The notes beneath the pieces were generated by a model that had not been told where the DNA came from, searched no databases, and was given only the letters and a program-made list of their open reading frames with translations. From an uncultured Methanosarcinaceae archaeon (GTDB lineage Archaea > Halobacteriota > Methanosarcinia > Methanosarcinales > Methanosarcinaceae): a stretch of DNA of 64,000 bases. Within the stretch, counting starts at the first letter, position 1; each line of letters starts with the position of its first letter. Of this stretch, positions 57,347-64,000 are shown in pieces. Location: NCBI GenBank assembly GCA_963727895.1, contig CAVSHT010000012.1, forward strand, positions 32,001 through 96,000. The letters are read 5' to 3'. The translations under genes and the position numbers were made by a program.

Positions 57347-58375
57347 TCATAAAATCTTTTTGACTGGAGATTTCTTTCCATCCTTTGATAACAGGACCAC
57401 TCTACTGATCTCAGATTCGTCTGCGATTTCATACCCAAGGTGTTTTGCAAGTTCCTTTGAGAACTTGAGGACTTCCTCGTAAGTAGGCATTGCAGAGCGA
57501 TCAAGTCTTAGTCTTGAGAAACCCAGGTGCATATACGCTTTTATTTCCACAAAATCAGGGGAAGCTTTTTCCATTAGCTTGGCATAAGCCTCAGGATTGA
57601 ACATATTTTCACCTTTGACCAGAGTAGTTCGGATGACTGTCCTTGTTTTTTTCTGTTTCATCAGGGACAGAGACTCGTTGATCTTTTCCCATAGAGAAGG
57701 CGATCTGGGCTGGCAGACCTTCAGATAGGTTTCAAGGTATGGAGCATCGAGACTCATATATAGCTGTGAAGGAGAAACTTTTTCAAGCATTTCTGGAACT
57801 GTGCCGTTTGTGACAAGAAAAGTCGTAAAACCTCTTTTTTCGTATTCCTCGATAAGTTCGGGAAGATAAGGGTAAAAAGTAGGCTCTCCAGATAGGGAGA
57901 TTGCAACGTTGTTAGGTTCATTACCTTCAATCCAGCGTTCCTTAAGGGCATTTGGAGAACCTCCAAAACCGGTAATCAATTTACGCTGGCAGGCAATGCT
58001 TTCTTCCACAATCTTTTCAGGCGAATCCCATTCTTCAGGCGGAGGTACAGGAACTTCAGTCGGGCGCCAGCAGAAGAGGCAACGTTGATTACATATAAGC
58101 GTTGGAGTCATCTGAAGGCAGCGATGGGATTGAACTCCATAAAACTTCGATTTATAACAGAATCCCTGATCGTTCATAGCATGCCTTAGCCAGAGACAGG
58201 TCTTGACAGCCGAATGGCGGCCTGCCAGAGCATAGCCCTGCTTTTTCAGGAGAGTTTTAAAGTCAGGGATGTCAAAAGGAAGAAAAGTAGATTCTCCTTC
58301 CAGATTTTCTTCTTTAATTTTAGGGAAATCTTCCCCCGCATTTTCCTTTTTTTCTTCCAGCGACATTTTCCGCAT
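57347..58375 (-). CDS. taw1: 4-demethylwyosine synthase (radical SAM, TYW1/Taw1)
   Basis: HSAVKTCLW, CYKSKFYG..SHRC.QMTP, CNQRCLFCWR, SLSGEPT, EIKAY; real start 58375 or 58366, since the longer ORF start lies in the IS end. Confidence 0.92.
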   Translation of the reverse strand: MRKMSLEEKKENAGEDFPKIKEENLEGESTFLPFDIPDFKTLLKKQGYALAGRHSAVKTCLWLRHAMNDQGFCYKSKFYGVQSHRCLQMTPTLICNQRCLFCWRPTEVPVPPPEEWDSPEKIVEESIACQRKLITGFGGSPNALKERWIEGNEPNNVAISLSGEPTFYPYLPELIEEYEKRGFTTFLVTNGTVPEMLEKVSPSQLYMSLDAPYLETYLKVCQPRSPSLWEKINESLSLMKQKKTRTVIRTTLVKGENMFNPEAYAKLMEKASPDFVEIKAYMHLGFSRLRLDRSAMPTYEEVLKFSKELAKHLGYEIADESEISRVVLLSKDGKKSPVKKIL

Positions 58376-58448
58376 ATTAAATCCTTGTGGTATATATAAG
58401 GATCGGAAAATAATTTTGGAGAGGAGTCCAGAATTCAGATTAAAAATC

Positions 58449-59188
58449 GGCATTGGTAATTAAAGAGAGATATATATGCTTATAACATATATTTCTTCAT
58501 TAACTGCCCCAGATGCAATAGTTCCAGTCACAAAAAGAACGGTATAGTTGGTGGGCGTCAACGCTACAAATGCCATGATTGTGGATATAACTATACAGTA
58601 GAGCTAAAATCAACTGATTTTTCTGCCTCTGTTAAAAAACAGGCTTTACAACTTTACCTTGAAGGATTGGGCTTTCGTTCAATAGGAAGAGTTTTAGGGG
58701 TGAGTCATGTTTCTGTCCAAAAATGGATAAAGAAATTTGGTCAAGAGTGAGAGAACCTAAAAAGTGAAAATGAGATATTTATTGTTGAAATGGATGAAAT
58801 GCACACTTACATCGGTAACAAAAAAAATATTGCTGGATCTGGATTGCTGTTGATAGAGTTGGGAAAAAGTTCATCAACTGCTCTTTTGGCATCAGAGGAA
58901 CAGAAACTGGAAAACTACTCTGGGAAAAATTGAAGAAAAAAGACATTGGAGAAGTGATGACAGATCACTGGAGGGCATATGCAGAGTTTCTTCCAGAAAA
59001 GATCCATACTCAATCAAAAGCAGAAACATTTACAGTTAAGGGATATAACAGCATATTGAGGCATTTTCTAGCAAGATTGAGAAGAAAGACAAAGTGTTAT
59101 ACAAAAAGTCTTGAAATGCTAAAGTACTCGGTTATTCTATTGATGAAATACAGAAATAAAGAACTAGATATGTTTAGTTAACAATACC
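58449..59188 (+). mobile_element. IS1-family element copy 5 (defective), followed by an orphan right end at 59189-59223
   Basis: insA ATG changed to ATT; internal TGA; two tandem right ends (TAACAATACC, TAACAATGCC); no target duplication. Confidence 0.93.
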
Positions 59189-59242
59189 AAATAAAAAACT
59201 AGATATATTTAAGTAACAATGCCAAAAATATAAATTTAAAAA

Positions 59243-60016
59243 TTAAAGATTTCTTAAAAACTCAAGGCACTCAATTCCTTCTTCTACAGAACTCATCTCG
59301 GTAACGAAAATTCCTTTATAATCCGAAAGTTTTTCCATAACTCGTTTCCAGTCTATTGAGCCTCTTCCAAGCGGTAGATGTTCATCTTTTTTACCCATGT
59401 TGTCATGGATATGCACATGAGAAATATGATTGCCCAGCTGATCCAAGAACTCATCAATTAAACCTACGGTATTGGCATGTCCAACATCAAAGGTAAAACC
59501 TACGTTATGGCTTCCAATGGATTCGAGAATCTCAAGCATTTCATCAGGATATTTTCCAAAGATCTTCGGCAGATCAGGCATATTTTCTACAGCAATCAGG
59601 ATTCCAAAATCTGCTGCAAAGTCACAAATTTCCCGGAGAGAAGCAAGATTAGTAAAATAAGACTCTTGCGGAACCTGCGCGCCATAAGGAGAAAGATAAC
59701 CAGGATGCACTACAGCCAGATTGACATAGTTAGAGGCAAGAGTAAGATAATGCTTCATCTGAGTGAGAACTTCTGTCCTTATTGCAGTATTTAGACCTGC
59801 AAGATTCATATCCGAAAACGGTAGGTGCAAAGTTAGCTCAAGGTTTGTGGTTTCACTGATATTTTTCAAATTCTGTATATTCCTACTGTTCAGGCACTGA
59901 GATCCTTCCTGTACGATTTCCCAACCAGTATACCCATGATCTTCGAGTGTATAAGCCCATTTGAAAGGATCTTCAACGACTGTACGTGACGAATAACTAA
60001 TTCTGTGCAATTGCAT
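59243..60016 (-). CDS. Sugar phosphate isomerase/epimerase (AP endonuclease 2 TIM barrel) family
   Basis: HLPFSDMN, VVHPG, VENMP, FDVGHA, HIHDN..DEHL. Confidence 0.85.
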   Translation of the reverse strand: MQLHRISYSSRTVVEDPFKWAYTLEDHGYTGWEIVQEGSQCLNSRNIQNLKNISETTNLELTLHLPFSDMNLAGLNTAIRTEVLTQMKHYLTLASNYVNLAVVHPGYLSPYGAQVPQESYFTNLASLREICDFAADFGILIAVENMPDLPKIFGKYPDEMLEILESIGSHNVGFTFDVGHANTVGLIDEFLDQLGNHISHVHIHDNMGKKDEHLPLGRGSIDWKRVMEKLSDYKGIFVTEMSSVEEGIECLEFLRNL

Positions 60017-60188
60017 GATGAAAATTCATTCCTTTTCATTTATCAATTTTCATTTATCAATATACATTGTAGTACAAATTGAGATATATTTAACTGAATT
60101 ATTTAATTGAATTCGTTACTGAATTTTTTAATTTCTTAAATGAGTCTTCAATTGAATTTTTGATTGAATTATATAACAACCCAGTTTT

Positions 60189-60320
60189 GGCTCTGTAGAA
60201 AACCTATCAAATCCACAGGCAATTGGTTGAAACCGACAAATCTACCCAATAAATTATAGTACTTTTTAAATTCGTGTTAATTTTGATTTTCGCCTGAATA
60301 TTGAGGGTTTCTACAGGGCC
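60189..60320. mobile_element. 132-bp MITE with target duplication
   Basis: TIRs GGCTCTGTAGAAAACCT / AGGGTTTCTACAGGGCC; 8-bp direct repeat CCAGTTTT at 60181-60188 and 60321-60328. Confidence 0.88.
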
Positions 60321-60453
60321 CCAGTTTTTACAAAATATTAAAAATATTTTAAAGTTTGTCAATAGTTTGATAGGATTTACAAATCAGACTTTATAAAGCT
60401 TACAAAGCATCAAAGATTTAAAATCTTCAAGCATTTCAAACATTTTAAGCACT

Positions 60454-60942
60454 TCAACCCCTTTCAACATATTCCATTTCGACTTCAACTACAGGTCTTC
60501 CTTCTTCAGTAAGGGGCAAAATCCATTCAAAGAGTCTTTCCATTTCTTCCTTAGAATAAGATTTGATAACTACTTCAATAGATCCTAAAGGCTCTTCCTG
60601 CGCAGGAACACTGAGAACTCCAACAAAAGCAGCCTGTTTGTTAAGCAAAAAATTGACTGAAAGTCCATCATTGGATAAACCTTTACTGAAAACTTTATTC
60701 TGCATACTATCGATAATTTCTTCTCTACGGATTAGCCCATGCAGAGTTTTCAGAATGCCAATTCCTCCTTCTCCTGAAAAGAAAAAAGCGGGAGAAATTC
60801 CTTCTTCTGATCCTGCTAATCTTACAGTATCAATAACTTTTTTTTCGAGTGTAATATCTGTAAAAAGGGAAGAAATTGCTTTGATAACCTTTTGGAAGTC
60901 TTCCGTAGGGTATACAGCTGCTGAGACCTTAACTTGTATCAT
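60454..60942 (-). CDS. DUF54 family putative RNA-binding protein
   Basis: VYPTED..KV..AI, LNKQAAFVG, PLGSIEV. Confidence 0.8.
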   Translation of the reverse strand: MIQVKVSAAVYPTEDFQKVIKAISSLFTDITLEKKVIDTVRLAGSEEGISPAFFFSGEGGIGILKTLHGLIRREEIIDSMQNKVFSKGLSNDGLSVNFLLNKQAAFVGVLSVPAQEEPLGSIEVVIKSYSKEEMERLFEWILPLTEEGRPVVEVEMEYVERG

Positions 60943-61102
60943 AAATCCACTCCAGTAGTATTAAAATGGCTTATTCCAAAATAATCCTGAAAATAATTCC
61001 AGAAGCTTTTCTAGAAATATACTAAATCATTTAACGGACTTTTGTTTAAAATAATGTATTTAAAATAGTGTATATTTTTTGACCGTTCTTAAGACCCAGT
61101 TT

Positions 61103-61660
61103 TTAATATTGGTCTTTTTCTAAATAATTGTTCAAAACTTTAATGACATCCTCTTTGAAAGTTTTTAGAGTGGAATAATTCTCAATTTCAATATTAGATG
61201 CCTCTATAGCTTTTCCCATTCCCCAGCTGAGTTCTCGTTCATCTCGATGGTGAAGCCCTTCTATATTGTTCATATCATCACTTCTGCCTCTTTTCTGAAT
61301 TCTGGAAAAGCGAATTTCAATAGGAGTATAAATAGAGATTAGAACAAAACCTTTTCCGAATTCTCGCCTGAAACATTCCACTTCGGCAATCCCGCGTACT
61401 CCGTCTACAACAACAAGATCAGAACCAGCTTCCTTTATTTGAGAAATACAGCGTATTGCGACTGCATCCATGCCTTCACATTCACGGAGCTGTGTTGCAA
61501 CCATTCCAGTATTGGAATCATTGGGTTCAAGTCCGAGCCTTGAGACTTCCTTTCTTATCACATCACCCATATTAATAACGGGAATGCCCATCTCAGCAGC
61601 AATTCTAGAAGCTTCCGATTTTCCAGATGCTGGCATACCTACAAATGCTATTATTTTCAT
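61103..61660 (-). CDS. P-loop nucleotide kinase (UPF0200 / dephospho-CoA kinase-like)
   Basis: GMPASGKS, MGDVIR, VDGVR, RGRSDD, RDERELSWG. Confidence 0.8.
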   Translation of the reverse strand: MKIIAFVGMPASGKSEASRIAAEMGIPVINMGDVIRKEVSRLGLEPNDSNTGMVATQLRECEGMDAVAIRCISQIKEAGSDLVVVDGVRGIAEVECFRREFGKGFVLISIYTPIEIRFSRIQKRGRSDDMNNIEGLHHRDERELSWGMGKAIEASNIEIENYSTLKTFKEDVIKVLNNYLEKDQY

Positions 61661-62075
61661 CAAAAATTACCCTTTAAACAGTTATAAACCTGAAATATTA
61701 ACTTGAGCGATTAGAGCTGAATTATTAGCTTAAGCCATTAATTTGAGTTATTAACTTGAACTATTGAATTCTTTAGATTTGATAGAAATCTAATGTCATC
61801 GTTCTTAATTCCATAGTGAACAAAATCTAAACTAGAATTTAAGTAGTAACTTGATAATAGAGTGACATATTTTTGAATAATAGAATCATAGAGTTGATAA
61901 GTTAACCACTTATATAATATGAATGTAGTCAAACCACAGGATTGTATATATTATTTCCTGAAAACTGATATTGGATAATAGGAAATAAGCCATAAAGAAA
62001 AGATCGAAAGAAACTGAAATTAAAAAAGTTCAAAATAAAGAAATATGATGAGAGTGAGGATAAACACATTATCCA

Positions 62076-63320
62076 TCACGAAAACATCTTGCTGAAAACT
62101 GATGCCTTGAAATCCACCAGAGGCTTGAGCCTGTAATCTTCAAGAAGTACTTTACGAGTGCTTTCTACTGGAACGCTTAGAGAAATTTCTTTCGTCCGAC
62201 CGTAACGACCTTTACTTACAACCACTGCATTGACTATGCCCAACATATCGAGTTCGGACATGAGGTCAGTAACCCTGCGCTGAGTAAGGATATCTACATC
62301 AATATGGTGACAGAGCTGGCGATAGACATTGTACATCTCGCCTGTTGTTACATTTTTACCTTCTCTACCTCGGCTTCTCAGGAGAATAATACTATAGAGT
62401 ACGAGTTTAGATTGAGTTGGGAGGGTCCTTACCACTTCGACCACGCGATCAATTTCGATTTTTTCTTGAGCACGCCTGACATGTTCTTCCAGAACCTGCG
62501 GCTGGTTTTCTCTTTCTGCAATTTCCCCTGATACCCGTAGGAGGTCAAGTGCACGCCTGGCATCACCGTGTTCCTGGGCTGCAAAGGCAGCACATAAAGG
62601 AATTACCATTTCACCGAGAGCGTCGTCAGTATAAGCCATTTTTGCCCTTTGTTTGAGGATATCGCTGATCTGTTCAGCGTCATAAGGAGGAAAAATAAGT
62701 TCTTCTTCTCCCAGAGAACTTTTAACTCTGGGATCTAAAAATTCTGTGAATTTTAGATCGTTTGAAACGCCGATCATACTTACTTTGGCCCTCTGCAAGT
62801 CTGTGTTGATTCTCGAAAGATTATAAAGAACGTCGTCACCTTTTTTGATTAGTTTATCGATTTCGTCTAGAATTATGATAATGACTTGCTCTCGGGAATC
62901 AATTGCTTCCTTGAATTTCATGAAAACCTGGTCAGTAGGCCAACCAGTCATAGGAACTTCTTCCTCAAAATGCCTGGCAAGATTTGCAAGGAGCCGGTAC
63001 TGTGTGTCAATTACTTCACAGTTAATGTAAACAACCGAACAGAAAAGTGATTTATCTTCACTTACCCTTTCAAGTTCTTTTCCAACATATCGAGTAACTG
63101 CAGTTTTTCCTGTTCCAGTTTTTCCGTAAATCAATACATTGGAAGGAGTTTCGCCTCTGAGTGCAGAAACCAAAATTGTTGCAAGACTATTAATTTGCTC
63201 ATTTCTGTGCAGCAAAAGGTCAGGTGTGTAAGAAGGCCGAAGTACCTCTTTGTTTTTGAAAATTGATTTACCGTCAAGTAATTTTTCGAATAAGCCGTCT
63301 AATGATTGAGCCTTTATCAT
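62076..63320 (-). CDS. cdc6: Orc1/Cdc6 replication initiator
   Basis: IFKNKEVL..Y.P, Walker A GKTGTGKT, YINC, LDEID, GDARRALDLL, winged-helix GRYGRT. Confidence 0.96.
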   Translation of the reverse strand: MIKAQSLDGLFEKLLDGKSIFKNKEVLRPSYTPDLLLHRNEQINSLATILVSALRGETPSNVLIYGKTGTGKTAVTRYVGKELERVSEDKSLFCSVVYINCEVIDTQYRLLANLARHFEEEVPMTGWPTDQVFMKFKEAIDSREQVIIIILDEIDKLIKKGDDVLYNLSRINTDLQRAKVSMIGVSNDLKFTEFLDPRVKSSLGEEELIFPPYDAEQISDILKQRAKMAYTDDALGEMVIPLCAAFAAQEHGDARRALDLLRVSGEIAERENQPQVLEEHVRRAQEKIEIDRVVEVVRTLPTQSKLVLYSIILLRSRGREGKNVTTGEMYNVYRQLCHHIDVDILTQRRVTDLMSELDMLGIVNAVVVSKGRYGRTKEISLSVPVESTRKVLLEDYRLKPLVDFKASVFSKMFS

Positions 63321-64000
63321 GAATGACCCTCTATAAAAACTATAATGTTAAGTGTATAGGAGCTAGATAACTCTAATGCAGATATAATAAACATATCAAA
63401 TTAATATGGTTAAATTAACATAGTAACATTGAAAAATTAAATTATTTAATACAGATAACAAATTGTATATTTCCTTTTTTCATATACTTTTATATTTAGT
63501 TTTAATATATAAATTTAAGAAAGTTAGTCTGATTGAAACTTTGCGGAATATATTTGGAAATCTATTTCGTGTCTAATTTGAAGTTTTTTAAGCTTCAGAA
63601 GAAGCCTATAAATGAGCGCTTCCCAGGTAACTATTGTAATAGAGAAAGCAGTTTTAAGGCATTGTAAATTGAATTCTTGAAAGAAGATATTTGGAAAGGA
63701 AAAAAATCCTTAATTTTTAATTCTAACTTTTAATTCTCAACACTTAGTTCTTATATCTGAAACCAAAGTTTACTTCAACATTTCCATATATTTTGACGCA
63801 TAATTCTTATACTTTTTATGAAAAATTCTATGAAATCCTATTATGAAGAAATGGATAGAAGATACATTTTCTTATAGTTAATGCCTGAAATTCTCATACT
63901 TCTATTAATTACTTACCAAATGGTGAGCAAGCCTAACATTAAGACACTTCTCAAGATTGAAGAAAATCAATATTCCAACCATCCTTAACAAAATATTAGA

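Noticed and set aside
63321..64000. Replication origin next to cdc6
   Set aside because: The region is AT-rich and positionally plausible, but I see no convincing full ORB repeats, only TTTGGAAA fragments. They may lie beyond the window.

Overview
This window looks like a Methanosarcina chromosome segment (AT-rich, archaeal GGAG/GGTGA ribosome-binding sites). From left to right it holds: mtbA; a fluoride (crcB) riboswitch ahead of a decayed cation:H+ antiporter and ppa; ramA; the pyrrolysine operon pylTSBCD with tRNA-Pyl(CUA); fdhD; a type IV pilus locus; an AT-rich island (SAM methyltransferase, IS1, MITEs, secreted protein plus small membrane protein); sufS-like and DUF531 genes; a beta-propeller/PKD surface protein; GNAT, larE, glmM; a radical SAM and site-2 protease; the archaeal mevalonate genes (AcnX pair plus UbiD); a large secreted protein; citrate synthase and aconitase; a second island (small ORFs, IS-truncated GHKL ATPase); argS, aRF1, taw1, housekeeping genes and cdc6/orc1. 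There are five IS1-family copies and several MITE/palindromic repeat families. Highlights: (1) pylB is the only recognisable gene here that ends in UAG, and that codon sits between the pylC SD and its UUG start, a possible Pyl-sensing feedback switch; (2) an intact, diverged PylD'-'PylC chimeric ORF lies inside the pyl operon; (3) the fluoride riboswitch has an SD-sequestering platform; (4) there is a candidate archaeocin/immunity pair; (5) a nonsense-carrying IS1 lineage appears to have spread in trans. Caveat: single-base indels break many genes, including essential argS, so most frameshifts are probably assembly errors. Product calls come from motif recognition, not database searches.
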